Source: a virus. Taken from it: 64,000 nucleotides of DNA. Shown one piece after another: positions 39,105-49,794 of the stretch. The stretch is from positions 66,255-130,254 of the IMG/VR virus record IMGVR_UViG_3300035698_024657; one strand, written 5' to 3'. Within the stretch, counting starts at the first letter, position 1. Every line of letters starts with the position of its first letter. The notes beneath the pieces are model-generated. The model made no database searches and was not told the origin of the DNA. It saw nothing but the letters and a program-made list of their open reading frames with translations. Made by a program: the position numbers and the translations under genes.

Positions 39105-41950
39105 TAGTTCATGTCATCCCAAGTTGATCCATTATATACGCGAAGTTTATGGGTAGTACTATCCATATATATGTCACCCTCAGCACCACTTGCAGGTTCC
39201 GATCCAGGAGTAATATGTACAATAGTTGCAGCGGTTAACTTACCTTGAATTAATGCATCACCATTAACATCAAGTATGTCTCCAGTACGATTGACTGTCA
39301 TATGAGTAGTAGTATCGTCTTTAAAATCGAATGCCCAAGACGGAGCACTAGATCCTATCTGAAATTGAAAAGTGCCATCATTAAGTTGACCAAAATTCGC
39401 GTAATCGCCGCCAGAAAGATTACCATCTACTCCGTCAAAGAATATATTAGCATAACCATCGCCAGTATTCAAAATCTCTAAACTTGTACGAGTATCGCTT
39501 GAAGACTCGAATCTTGCTTGTAACGCGGCTGAACTATCTGTTCTAAAAGTGTCTGCATAAATAGCTACAGAAGAAACATTATCGTTTAAGCAGATATCAT
39601 CAAGTGTAGCAGAGGTATTCTCCCCAGTACTACCGGATAAAGAAATGTCTAAGTAATGTAAAGTGACCGCATCTTGCGGATCCCAAGGATCATCACACGC
39701 TAACTTACCTTGAATTAACGCATCACCATTAACATCAAGTATGTCTCCAGTACGGTTGACAGTTACATGGGTGGCGGAATCATCTTTAAACGCGAATGCC
39801 CAAGATGGCGCACTATTACCTAACTGAAATTGAAAAGTACCATCATTTAATTGGCCAAAATTCGCATAGTCGCCACCAGCAAGATCGCCATCTACTCCGT
39901 CAAAGTATATATTAGCATAACCATCTCCAGTATTCAAAATCTCTAAACTTGTACGGGAATCGCTTGAAGATTTAAATCTTGCTTGCAAAGTAGCTGAACT
40001 ATCTGTTCTAAAAGTGTCAGCATAAATCGCTACAGAAGAGACATTATCATTTAAACAAATCTGATCAAGTGTAGTACTTTTAAATGCGTAATTAGCAGCA
40101 ATCTCTGTACCAATACTTCCACTTACGGTGTCAGTATACTCTCTTACATTAGAGACTTGGTTATTGAGATCAAGACCAATACTTCCACTTATAGTGTCGG
40201 TGTATTCTCTTACGTTAGAGACTTGATTATTGAGATCGTCTCCAATACTTCCACTTACAGTATCTACGTATTCTCTTACATTAGAGACTTGATTATTTAA
40301 GTCATCGCCAATACTTCCACTTACTGTATCTACGTAAAGTTTAGTGGCCCCATCAGTATCCACAGTTGGAGGATCAAGAAGTGTAAGCTTATTACCATTT
40401 AAACTAAGGCTACCATTAATAATAGAGTCCCCGTTGGTGTATAAACCATCTGAAAAATAAAATCGATCTGCCACATTGTCCCATTTTAAATATTCCCCGG
40501 CGACGTTTGTGTCCTCGTAGAAATAGATATACGAATCTCGATCCGGGCCGTCATAATTTATGTAAATTTTATGGTAATTAATATGTAGACCAGCAATAGT
40601 AAGATCATTGTCAGTAGTTGCGCCAACGTCAGTAACTTCTTGAAATGTCGGAGTTCCTCCACCTACAGCATCTTTGAACGCATAGTTAGCTGCGATCTCT
40701 GTACCAATACTTCCACTTACAGTATCAACGTATTCTCGAGTATTATGAATCTGATTATTGAGATCATCTCCAATACTTCCACTTACAGTATCAACGTATT
40801 CTCTGACATTAGAGACTTGGTTATTAAGATCATCCCCAATTGAACCCGATACTGTATCCACGTAAAGTTTAGTGGCGGCATCATAGTCTGCAGTAGGAGT
40901 AGCTAAGTGGATGATTTTCTGGTTACTGAACATATCAATAGAGCCAGAGGTTATTCCAAGGTTATAGAAGAACGAACCTGAAGCATCTACTTGAATACCG
41001 TGATCAGTAAGTGATCCACGGGTAACGACATCATCAAGAGTATCAGAACTCGATCCACCGCCTACAGCATCTTTGAACGCATAGTTAGCTGCGATCTCTG
41101 TACCAATACTTCCACTTACAGTATCTACGTATTCTCTTACATTAGAGACTTGATTATTGAGATCGTCTCCAATACTTCCACTTACAGTATCTACGTAAAG
41201 TTTATTAGCCGCATCGCCACCCACAGTAGGAGTAGCTAAGTGGATGATTTTCTGGTTACTAAACATATCAATAGAACCAGAAGTAATCCCTAAATTATAG
41301 AAAGCAGAACCTGAAGCATCTACTTGAATACCGTGATCAGTAAGCGATCCACGTTTAGCGACATCGTCCAAATCATCAGTACTCGCACCAATATTATCAT
41401 CGACATAGTCGTATAGGTTTAAAACCTGGTTGTTTACATCTACTCCAATTGAACCAGATACGTCATCAACATATTTTTTAGTAGAAGCATCATAGTCAGC
41501 AGTAGGAGTAGGAAGATGGATAATCTTCTGGTTACCAAACATATCAATAGAACCAGAAGTGATTCCTAAATTGTACATATAAGAACCTGAGGCATCTACC
41601 TGGATGCCATGATTGGTATATGGGCCCGTATCTGTCACTTGTTGAAGGGTCCCAACATCTCCCTCAATACTAACTGCAGCCCACTTTATTCCAGTAACCT
41701 CACTACTGTCAGCAGTAAGCACATAATCATTAGATCCAACACCTAATCGAGTGTTTGCAGTACCAAAAGTATGGAGATCGCCTTTAGTAGTTAAAGTTGA
41801 ATATAATCGCCTGACTAAAGGCCCCGCGGCCCGTCGCCACAGCTCCTCGCCTGCCCCTTTTGCATCTCTGCGGGGGTCAATCGTAGTAGACTCATTCAAC
41901 GCTGCAAAAAGTTCCTGTCCAAGTAGCTTTTGTAATTCGGTCAAAGTCAT
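39104..41950 (-). CDS. Modular trimeric fibre protein
   Basis: TTKGDL...RLGVG...VLTADS...GIKW motif; repeated KIIHLATPT...DAATKLYVD neck-like motifs; 22-aa coiled repeats; duplicated C-terminal domain. Confidence 0.8.
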   Translation of the reverse strand: MTLTELQKLLGQELFAALNESTTIDPRRDAKGAGEELWRRAAGPLVRRLYSTLTTKGDLHTFGTANTRLGVGSNDYVLTADSSEVTGIKWAAVSIEGDVGTLQQVTDTGPYTNHGIQVDASGSYMYNLGITSGSIDMFGNQKIIHLPTPTADYDASTKKYVDDVSGSIGVDVNNQVLNLYDYVDDNIGASTDDLDDVAKRGSLTDHGIQVDASGSAFYNLGITSGSIDMFSNQKIIHLATPTVGGDAANKLYVDTVSGSIGDDLNNQVSNVREYVDTVSGSIGTEIAANYAFKDAVGGGSSSDTLDDVVTRGSLTDHGIQVDASGSFFYNLGITSGSIDMFSNQKIIHLATPTADYDAATKLYVDTVSGSIGDDLNNQVSNVREYVDTVSGSIGDDLNNQIHNTREYVDTVSGSIGTEIAANYAFKDAVGGGTPTFQEVTDVGATTDNDLTIAGLHINYHKIYINYDGPDRDSYIYFYEDTNVAGEYLKWDNVADRFYFSDGLYTNGDSIINGSLSLNGNKLTLLDPPTVDTDGATKLYVDTVSGSIGDDLNNQVSNVREYVDTVSGSIGDDLNNQVSNVREYTDTISGSIGLDLNNQVSNVREYTDTVSGSIGTEIAANYAFKSTTLDQICLNDNVSSVAIYADTFRTDSSATLQARFKSSSDSRTSLEILNTGDGYANIYFDGVDGDLAGGDYANFGQLNDGTFQFQLGNSAPSWAFAFKDDSATHVTVNRTGDILDVNGDALIQGKLACDDPWDPQDAVTLHYLDISLSGSTGENTSATLDDICLNDNVSSVAIYADTFRTDSSAALQARFESSSDTRTSLEILNTGDGYANIFFDGVDGNLSGGDYANFGQLNDGTFQFQIGSSAPSWAFDFKDDTTTHMTVNRTGDILDVNGDALIQGKLTAATIVHITPGSEPASGAEGDIYMDSTTHKLRVYNGSTWDDMN
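39238..40072 (-). repeat. Direct duplication, 465-bp period
   Basis: TLD(Q/D)ICLNDNVSSVAIYADTFRTDSS...GDALIQGKL occurs twice; caagtgtag at 39601 and 40066. Confidence 0.9.
40085..41650 (-). repeat. Nested 66-bp and longer internal repeats in fibre gene
   Basis: YVDTVSGSIGDDLNNQVSNVRE units (ccaatacttccacttac recurs) and three HGIQVDASGS...QKIIHL modules. Confidence 0.9.
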
Positions 41951-41953
41951 TAA

Positions 41954-43144
41954 CTATTCACCCTTAACCTTTTTGGCTAAATCATCTTTCTGAGATTTCA
42001 TAGCAGTACCTACGGGAGCCACTGTGACCAGGGGCATGAGTACATTCGCGGCGTTGGCATAATGTAACTTATTCACATAATCAACGAGATCATTAAATGT
42101 TTTTTGAAACGATTCGCCTAAAAGCATCGGTTCCCCACTATCGCCACCTAAAAGAACTTCCTTGCCTTCATCAACATCTACTTGCAGATTCCCTTCACTA
42201 ATTCCAAATTTTACATCGCCTTTTACATTGATAGTAAGATTACCTTCCTCATCTACAGTAAATTCAAAACCTTGATCCGCCTTAGTCTTAAGTTGGATCA
42301 TAATCTTTTTTGCGGCTTTTGCGTGTGTCCCATCGGTCAACACTACTTCACCGTCATCCGAAACTTTCGTACCTAAAACAAATTCAATGAGCGGATCATC
42401 TATCGCCGGCTCAGTAGTATCATTTGCATCTGCAGTACCCAATACCTTTAAACGAAATTCTGTAAGTGCGTCCTCTGCCGCCGCTCCAGGAAGAGCAGAA
42501 CCTAAGGGCGCACCACTGGTTGCGATAATATCTTCTGATTGCTTATCAGAAATAGTAGAAGCACGTTTAACTACACCAAAATCTAAAGTACCTGCATCAG
42601 TAATTGCACGATAATTCATAGAATTCTGTACAATTATATTATTGTCCCTGACCAATTGCCAATAATCACCGTCTGCAGATTTTATTAATACGTCTCCGGT
42701 ATTCGACATATGTAAATGCGTACCAGTAGTGGAAGGACGAGAAAATTGATTACTTTGACTTTCTTCGGTGTTATCCACATAAGATACTAACATCTTTTCG
42801 CCGACTTTAAGTTGCTTTAAATCAGCGGTGATCTCCTCACCTGTTCCTCGCGGCGTACCAACTAAATCTCTATAACCTACGGGTACGTATGCTAAAATAT
42901 ATGCATCAAAACCTACACCAAACCCTACCAATACGGTACTTCCTAATGTAGGCAATTCAAAAATACCTTGACCTGAGGGAGTCAATAAAACATCCTGACG
43001 AGTACCTGGATGATCTAACCATTCAATATTAACTGTACCCTTATCGGCGTTCGTACTAATAACGACCGCAGGGCGTAAAAACGCGGAAGGCGCAGGACGT
43101 GGCGCAGAATGCGTAGAATAATCTCGTGAATTAAATGATAACAT
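41954..43144 (-). CDS. Baseplate spike (gp5/gpV-like OB-fold)
   Basis: AVVISTNADKGTVNIEW...ELPTLGSTVLVGF N-terminus; beta-helix-like C-part; follows the hub gene. Confidence 0.65.
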   Translation of the reverse strand: MLSFNSRDYSTHSAPRPAPSAFLRPAVVISTNADKGTVNIEWLDHPGTRQDVLLTPSGQGIFELPTLGSTVLVGFGVGFDAYILAYVPVGYRDLVGTPRGTGEEITADLKQLKVGEKMLVSYVDNTEESQSNQFSRPSTTGTHLHMSNTGDVLIKSADGDYWQLVRDNNIIVQNSMNYRAITDAGTLDFGVVKRASTISDKQSEDIIATSGAPLGSALPGAAAEDALTEFRLKVLGTADANDTTEPAIDDPLIEFVLGTKVSDDGEVVLTDGTHAKAAKKIMIQLKTKADQGFEFTVDEEGNLTINVKGDVKFGISEGNLQVDVDEGKEVLLGGDSGEPMLLGESFQKTFNDLVDYVNKLHYANAANVLMPLVTVAPVGTAMKSQKDDLAKKVKGE

Positions 43145-45153
43145 TATATATTATCCGATTGGTGGGGCCTTGCAGGTGACCCAAGTATTTCTTGTTTTGA
43201 CGTAGTTTTAGTTGCAATATTTCCTGGATCTGCATTTAAGGCGTCTGCGGACATTTTTCCGGGAATACTATAATCTAAAATTTCAGGTAAAATTTCCCAA
43301 GGTTTTCGACCATACTTTAACTGTAAAGTAGTTGTAAACGTCTGCCCATACGTAAATTTATGGCTAATCTCAGTAATGTAATACACCATATTACGCATTG
43401 GAATATATATGGGCATATGTACACGCAATTCCGGTCTACCGAGAATAGTAACCGAACCAACGAACCGCGCAGAATTGACACGAGTCATCCAAGATTTCGC
43501 GAAATAGAAACAGTCTTTAGCTTGAGTAATATAAGGATGACTTATACTAAGCATTCTTCTACCGTACTTCCGCAACAAACTATTATCCTCGTAAAACCCA
43601 GTCATTTTTAAAATTTGTGGTGCATTTTCTACATAATTTGGTTGTCCTGCAACATAGACACTGGTTACGACATCCTTATCGCTTTCGGTAAATTGATGTG
43701 ATATCATATCATCTTCGCGAATAATATATATTTCAGGATCAGGATGCGTCAAAATATGGTAATTATCGAAACGGGGTTGGTGATACCAAAGATCCCCAAA
43801 CTGATCAGCATAAAACTCATAATTCGATAACTGCGCAACTTCGTTAGCGATTTCAAGATGACTGCGATATTCATTTTGCCAGTTTTGAAAAGATGCACCA
43901 AAAATTGTTTTATATACAGATAAATCCCGCAGTCCCTTTGCAGCAACGTCAAACGGTAAAACTTGAATATGCACACGACCCGGAGAAAAGAACAAATTGT
44001 CTAGTTTATCTCCAGCAGACCCCGATGGAAGCCAGTCACCTGCCTGAAATTTTAACCCAGAAATTACTGCTTGCTTTTCTACAGTTTTACCATCAACACT
44101 GTTACTTGGATCATATTCCGCGTTATATACAAAATGTCCCGTACCATAAACATTAAGGTTTTCTGCATCATCACCGCCCAATACAAGAGTCTTAATGATC
44201 TCCCAGCCCTGTTGCCCGGAAAATCTATTTTGCCATATCTTATATTGGCCACCTTCAGGAAGGCCGGATTCAAAAAGCGACGGATTTACATTAGCCTGAG
44301 TAACGTTCATAATTTTTGAAACGTCTGAACCCTGGATCCGTAGCATATTTGTCTTACCATCGAATTCGTCACTAACACTATCTACAAAACCGGTAAACGC
44401 AACAATCATATCATCGGGATCATTTTTAGACTTAAAGCGACGGGTCAATAAACAAACCATCAACTGCATCGGCATAAAAACACAACGACCATTTTCTAAT
44501 TGTCCGCCATATTTTTCAAAAAACGCAGATTGTTTTTCTACATTCTTCAATAACTCCTTAACCTCTGTAGCACTAAGCGTCTGAATATTCTTATTAAAAC
44601 GTTCCGCATCAGACTCCTTACCCTGGGTATCGGAAACTTTTGCAGCACCCGCACTATTAGCATCTTTCGGATACAATTTGTATTTATAGTCAGTACCATC
44701 AGTATATAATATGCTCATTAAACCATCACTCTCTTCGGAAGAAGGATGATGGCGCACACGTTGAATTACTTCAGTATTCAAAAAATCTTGTGCATTCTCC
44801 CAAGTGGGCGTAGCGGCCGCGTCGGCAATCTCAACCTTTTTACCATCGACGGAACTCGTAAACCTTCCAGCTACGCCAGACTTCAAATTTGAAATTTCTG
44901 CCACCATATCGTCAGAAACAAAATACTTATTATTTGTGTTAGTTAGCGAAACATTAAATTGACCAATTTTTCCAGTACTTCCGAGGGAAAGTTGTAACGC
45001 AGTAATATCACTAATATCGGGAATAGTAGTAAATGCACTATTTAGGCTACGAATAGGATCACCGTTTGAGTCTATTGAAATGAATATCAAAAGAGCTTCA
45101 GGATAGAAATTCTGTATAGACTGGTCATCAATATGTTGGGTCGCTTTACTCAT
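43144..45153 (-). CDS. Baseplate hub (gp27/gpD-like)
   Basis: FTGFVDSV, YEFYADQFGDL, ILGRPELR, YYITEISHKF, FTTTLQL. Confidence 0.75.
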   Translation of the reverse strand: MSKATQHIDDQSIQNFYPEALLIFISIDSNGDPIRSLNSAFTTIPDISDITALQLSLGSTGKIGQFNVSLTNTNNKYFVSDDMVAEISNLKSGVAGRFTSSVDGKKVEIADAAATPTWENAQDFLNTEVIQRVRHHPSSEESDGLMSILYTDGTDYKYKLYPKDANSAGAAKVSDTQGKESDAERFNKNIQTLSATEVKELLKNVEKQSAFFEKYGGQLENGRCVFMPMQLMVCLLTRRFKSKNDPDDMIVAFTGFVDSVSDEFDGKTNMLRIQGSDVSKIMNVTQANVNPSLFESGLPEGGQYKIWQNRFSGQQGWEIIKTLVLGGDDAENLNVYGTGHFVYNAEYDPSNSVDGKTVEKQAVISGLKFQAGDWLPSGSAGDKLDNLFFSPGRVHIQVLPFDVAAKGLRDLSVYKTIFGASFQNWQNEYRSHLEIANEVAQLSNYEFYADQFGDLWYHQPRFDNYHILTHPDPEIYIIREDDMISHQFTESDKDVVTSVYVAGQPNYVENAPQILKMTGFYEDNSLLRKYGRRMLSISHPYITQAKDCFYFAKSWMTRVNSARFVGSVTILGRPELRVHMPIYIPMRNMVYYITEISHKFTYGQTFTTTLQLKYGRKPWEILPEILDYSIPGKMSADALNADPGNIATKTTSKQEILGSPARPHQSDNI

Positions 45154-46135
45154 TACCTAAATTACTCTCTGCTTGTGCGTTACGTAGTGCCAAAATTTTC
45201 CGAAGAGTATCATCATTCCGAATAACTTGATTCGCGGAACGTGTCGTCGCTTCAGATAATGCGCCGGCATCGTAATGTATCAAAAATTTCAATTGATAAA
45301 ACAATTGAAAAGGATGTGTACCTTTTTCATTAAAACTAAACTCTGCAAAATGCCCGACATAAATACGATCACGGAATTCAAGGGCAGTTAATTGGCCTAC
45401 GCCAGAACTCTGCGACTGATCATTTTGATCTTCATCATACCATCTCTCTAATACGCGGAACGCGCGAAGAGCGGGAGAGTTTAATTCCGTAGGCGCCGCT
45501 TCTACGACTTTTGGTATAATAGGTAACCCAAAAATAGATCCCAATTGAATTTTTGGCTCAGGTGTAATATTTCCAGTAGTACCAGTTAATTGAATTTCTC
45601 CTATATCTGGACCCCAATGTTGAAATGCCCATCCAGCACGGGTACGAATTTTTTGGAAAAATTTCTTTTTACGCACATCAATAGATGTAGGATTCACATA
45701 AAGAGTGATCTTTTGCATAGTGGCGTCTTGTTCTGCAATGGCATCGATATATGGCTTCCTATTTGCGGGATCCGTTGAAGGATAATCATCGTAAGGTACG
45801 CCAAAAGCTCCTGTACTGGTATATTCTAAAAGATATAGTTTAGAAGAAAGTGCAGATAAATCATTAGATACACGATTATACGCAGTGAATATCCCATCAA
45901 CTACAAAATCTGCTTGTGACTGATTCACATCACCTAAAAACTCTTGAGGAGAAGGCCCAAGCCACGGGGCAGAGCCATCTGGAAGATTAGCATCTTCAAT
46001 ATTTTTATCGTAATACTGAGAATATTCTGGATATATATTACGATATCCACGAACACTTATCGCGGGAGTATCAGTAGTATACGAAGGAGGAGTAGGCAAC
46101 TTATAAAACTTGAGTTTTTCCTTTTTACTTTGCAT
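45146..46135 (-). CDS. Tail tube initiator-like baseplate protein
   Basis: LYVNPTSI...KIRTRAGWAFQHWG...IQLTGTTG, YVGHF; directly after the tape measure. Confidence 0.65.
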   Translation of the reverse strand: MQSKKEKLKFYKLPTPPSYTTDTPAISVRGYRNIYPEYSQYYDKNIEDANLPDGSAPWLGPSPQEFLGDVNQSQADFVVDGIFTAYNRVSNDLSALSSKLYLLEYTSTGAFGVPYDDYPSTDPANRKPYIDAIAEQDATMQKITLYVNPTSIDVRKKKFFQKIRTRAGWAFQHWGPDIGEIQLTGTTGNITPEPKIQLGSIFGLPIIPKVVEAAPTELNSPALRAFRVLERWYDEDQNDQSQSSGVGQLTALEFRDRIYVGHFAEFSFNEKGTHPFQLFYQLKFLIHYDAGALSEATTRSANQVIRNDDTLRKILALRNAQAESNLGNE

Positions 46136-46144
46136 TTCTCTCTC

Positions 46145-48076
46145 CTAATTCCGTTGGCCCATTGGCCCGACCGCGGTATGAGCGCTTGTGCCCGCAACAG
46201 TTTCACTGCCTGGATTATTTGTAACGTGGAACGTAATACCAACATGTGTATTCTTTGCAATTTCTAAATCAACATCGGGGCCCACTTCCATAGCTAAACC
46301 TGCATCCATTCTACCGCTATCAACATATTTCGACAACATGTCCAGAGATACGCCACCGTGTGCATCAGTATACTTTTGTTTACGTTCCATTTCCTCGGGT
46401 GAGTATTCACCTGTACCCATCAGTCGATCCATTCCCTGATTTACTGCATCGTTACGAAGGAGCATAGGCACTCCCGCTCCAGCAACATCTTGTACATACT
46501 CAAATATGTCCGCGCCTCCACCCAATACTTCAACAACTGCGCCCAATATATTCGTCCAAAATGCGGAAAAATCACTATACCACTGTTTATTCAACTCAGC
46601 AACATTATCAGCGTGTTCAGAAATAAGCTTATGCTTATCTGCAGCACTTTCCATCGTTTTAGCCGCCTGTAACATCCGCTCATCAGAAGTCATTGTCATT
46701 TCTTGAAACGCTTCATAAGACAATTCACCTTTAGCAAGTGATGGGCCCGCCTTTTTAAATTCTTGCCACTCCGGCATTCCCATCGCCTGTGAGGCTTGCC
46801 CTGCAGCACCCGGACCAGAAGTACCTTCAATCTGCATAAGTTTCTGATAAACGCCTTCCATTGCTTTCATATATAACGGAGGCGTTACCGCATCCCGATC
46901 AGCTAAAACATTAGATGCCTCATATGCACTAAGATCGCTAAACTTTGTATTCTGTCCATGTACTTTACTTGCTGCGGCATCCAATGCCTGGACAGTGTTG
47001 GTGTCCATACTGCCCTCCATTTCTTGTGCAAAAGCAGCAGTAAGTACTCTACCCTGAAAACCTCCGGCAGTAGTTTGTTGAGATAAACTCGCTTGACCCA
47101 TTTTCATTGCAAGGCCCATAGTCATGTATGAATTATTGACCCGGTCAGAAAATACTCCAAGAACCGCACCAGTATCCATTGCATTAACTCCAACATCCGC
47201 AAACTGTTTACCTAATGCAAAAATCTGCTCACTGTATCTCTCCATAGGTAAACCACTTTTCAAAATCGTATCTAATAAACTCTCAATTTGAGTATTCATT
47301 CCCCCAGCAGTACGAATATTGAACGTTTCGGAGAGGTCACGAATTTTGTCAGAAAGGTCTACAGGAAACGCAACATCATACTTAACTAAGTCAGCAAAAT
47401 TCTGTCCGCCCGTACCTCCCATTTCCCGCATCACGTCGCCGCCGCCGTGGCCCCGAGCTGCTCTAAGTGCAGCATTTAATAATGGTGCAGCTTTTGCACC
47501 CGCCTCACCAGCAGTTTTCCAACCAGTCGTCAACGTATTAAAAGATTCACGAATTGAAACATTACCCGCACCAAAAGATCGCTGTAAATTAGCCTGTTTA
47601 ACCTGGGCTTCATCTATCACAGCAGCGAACTTAATTACTGCAGCAATCGCTAATTGAATTGCCGCAGTCCAACCAGCAAAACTTGACGCAGACATACTGG
47701 TAGTCTTACCAAAAACTGTCATTGTTCCATCTAACTGATTTACGGACGTAGATGCGTTGACCGCGGCAGAACTAAATTTAGTAATGCCCCCACCAACCCC
47801 ACCTTCACCTAATTGCGTCGTTAACGACTCGGCTGCCTTAGTAAGATTAGATTTACCAATAGCTAACTGTTTAACGACGCCTTCTAATTTCTTCGCATCT
47901 TTCGCAAGCGCCTTATACTGAACACTCTCCTCTTTGAGACCCTTCTGTAACTTTTTAAGTGCTTTTATATATAGCTTAAGTTTTTTAGGATCACCAATAT
48001 TCGCAGCGGCGCCTTGCATAAGGTTATCGCTGGACTGTTGATTCTTAGTGCCCCCAAAAGGATTAGGTTCTTGCAC
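46145..48076 (-). CDS. Tape measure protein (short)
   Basis: 643-aa Ala/Gly/Met-rich helical protein after tube and chaperones. Confidence 0.72.
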   Translation of the reverse strand: MQEPNPFGGTKNQQSSDNLMQGAAANIGDPKKLKLYIKALKKLQKGLKEESVQYKALAKDAKKLEGVVKQLAIGKSNLTKAAESLTTQLGEGGVGGGITKFSSAAVNASTSVNQLDGTMTVFGKTTSMSASSFAGWTAAIQLAIAAVIKFAAVIDEAQVKQANLQRSFGAGNVSIRESFNTLTTGWKTAGEAGAKAAPLLNAALRAARGHGGGDVMREMGGTGGQNFADLVKYDVAFPVDLSDKIRDLSETFNIRTAGGMNTQIESLLDTILKSGLPMERYSEQIFALGKQFADVGVNAMDTGAVLGVFSDRVNNSYMTMGLAMKMGQASLSQQTTAGGFQGRVLTAAFAQEMEGSMDTNTVQALDAAASKVHGQNTKFSDLSAYEASNVLADRDAVTPPLYMKAMEGVYQKLMQIEGTSGPGAAGQASQAMGMPEWQEFKKAGPSLAKGELSYEAFQEMTMTSDERMLQAAKTMESAADKHKLISEHADNVAELNKQWYSDFSAFWTNILGAVVEVLGGGADIFEYVQDVAGAGVPMLLRNDAVNQGMDRLMGTGEYSPEEMERKQKYTDAHGGVSLDMLSKYVDSGRMDAGLAMEVGPDVDLEIAKNTHVGITFHVTNNPGSETVAGTSAHTAVGPMGQRN

Positions 48077-48750
48077 TACGCGTTCTCCTCAATAACAACA
48101 ATGTCGTCAGTACCTTCAATGCCACTCTCTTTACTGCGCGCAAGTTTAACCGCATCCGCTGCTTTTTGCCGCAGAATGGTGTCTTGTTCCTCATCATCAA
48201 AGAAAACATTTTCACGAGTATTTTCAGACTGTTCCTGAACGTGAAAGAACAATTCCCTATCTAACCAAGGTTTTGCGGCGTCAAAAACATCTGCAATCAA
48301 TTTTATATCCGCATTTGCATCAGTCATAGAATTACGAAGAATCCACTGTTGTTGTATCCAATTCAATTTTCCATCATGTAGGGATAGTACATGAGAAGGA
48401 TCACAGTGTTTATATACTTCCCATAATCCTATAGACTCATTGAGTTCAGTAAATTCTGGTAACGCCGCGGATAACTCATCAATGATAGCAGAGTGAAATT
48501 GGCCATACGCACTATGAATAGATCCAAAATATAGCCCAGGAAGATCAGTAATAGGTATAATACGATTACGTACCCTACACATAACTGTTCTTGAAAAAAA
48601 TTCAACATATTCAGGCAAAGTAGCACGCGAAGAAAACGCCTGATCAGTAAAAGTAAAGATGAAAGGAATCCCTTGCACATTTACTGCTTTAGAAGGAAAT
48701 TCCCCATAAATTATAGCCTTACGGAGTTGTTGAAGAACTATCGGAGCCAT
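48076..48750 (-). CDS. Tail assembly chaperone-like protein 2
   Basis: Between chaperone and TMP; likely ATG 48750 (MAPIVLQQL) behind GCAGGT. Confidence 0.55.
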   Translation of the reverse strand: MAPIVLQQLRKAIIYGEFPSKAVNVQGIPFIFTFTDQAFSSRATLPEYVEFFSRTVMCRVRNRIIPITDLPGLYFGSIHSAYGQFHSAIIDELSAALPEFTELNESIGLWEVYKHCDPSHVLSLHDGKLNWIQQQWILRNSMTDANADIKLIADVFDAAKPWLDRELFFHVQEQSENTRENVFFDDEEQDTILRQKAADAVKLARSKESGIEGTDDIVVIEENA

Positions 48751-49243
48751 CAGATACCTGCTCGTCGTCATTATTTGGAGAATCATCAAACTTCGTAGCA
48801 TCCAACTCAGGAGGTATAACACTCTTACCTAACAATGCCGCTATATATTGATTTACCATTTCGTCATACATGAATGTTAGACGAGTGACAACTGCCTCAC
48901 TTAGCTTCTTCACAAACAAAACTTTATAATCAAACAGAGAAATCGTATTATTCCCCGCAAGATTATGGTCTTTATTATACTCCTCCAACTCTTCGGAAGT
49001 AACCACCTCTTTACCGTTAATCATGGTAACGCATTTTGCCAAAAGGTGTACTTTAGTCAGGTAAGATAATTCTAAGGCAGCAACATTTCCAGTAAGACGA
49101 GCGACCTCTACGAGGTCGCCCATCGTCAATAATCGCATCTCTACAGTCCATGATTGGACCGGGCTACCTTGCCATTTCTCAAATGGGGCCAGTGTCTGAC
49201 TAAGTCCACAAGTCTGCACCCCTAATTGCTCTAACATACTCAT
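48719..49243 (-). CDS. Tail assembly chaperone
   Basis: Directly after the tail tube; VEMRLLT motif; acidic tail. Confidence 0.6.
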   Translation of the reverse strand: MSMLEQLGVQTCGLSQTLAPFEKWQGSPVQSWTVEMRLLTMGDLVEVARLTGNVAALELSYLTKVHLLAKCVTMINGKEVVTSEELEEYNKDHNLAGNNTISLFDYKVLFVKKLSEAVVTRLTFMYDEMVNQYIAALLGKSVIPPELDATKFDDSPNNDDEQVSDGSDSSSTTP

Positions 49244-49279
49244 TACGCATCTCCACTCAATTTACGAAACAATCAGTAA

Positions 49280-49759
49280 CTAAACTACTCTCGTACACTG
49301 TACGGACATATCTTCAATAATTAAAAGTCCATCCGATGAAATAGATTTTCCCCATTCAGTAATCCAACAATCTTCATACGTAAGAGTACGTAATCTAGTA
49401 CCTGCAGAATCCGCAAGAGCGGGACCAGTTACCTGATTGTTTTGAACATTCGTAGGTTTCCAAACAGTTTCGATCACATTAATAGATTGGACCTGCTTTT
49501 GAATATCTTGAGAAACGATTCCAAAATAATCTAACAATGTATCTTCATATAAACGTACCTTATTCAAGGTGACCTGATACGTAGGTACACCTGGAACAAT
49601 CTCAGTGATTTCACCCCCATTGGTAGCAATCTCTCGAACATGTTCATGTGTGCGAGATTGCTTAGGGGTGAAGGTTTTAAGCGTACCTACAGGAATGTTA
49701 TTTACCTGTATTTCGTACGAATAAAATACCTCTGCCCGTGTTTGCGGTAATCTTGCCAT
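49280..49759 (-). CDS. Tail tube protein
   Basis: 159 aa after the sheath; VREI...EIVPG, YEDCWIT motifs. Confidence 0.8.
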   Translation of the reverse strand: MARLPQTRAEVFYSYEIQVNNIPVGTLKTFTPKQSRTHEHVREIATNGGEITEIVPGVPTYQVTLNKVRLYEDTLLDYFGIVSQDIQKQVQSINVIETVWKPTNVQNNQVTGPALADSAGTRLRTLTYEDCWITEWGKSISSDGLLIIEDMSVQCTRVV

Positions 49760-49794
49760 AGTTATCTCCTATTAGACTTATCCTAAATTTCAAC

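Noticed and set aside
39238-41650. Repeats as CRISPR array or DGR template/variable repeat pair
   Set aside because: The repeats are in-frame protein repeats without unique spacers; differences are mostly synonymous rather than adenine-specific; no cas or reverse transcriptase gene in the window.
48719-48822. Programmed frameshift between the two tail chaperone ORFs
   Set aside because: No slippery heptamer in the overlap, and the second ORF has its own plausible ATG (48750) with an RBS-like sequence.
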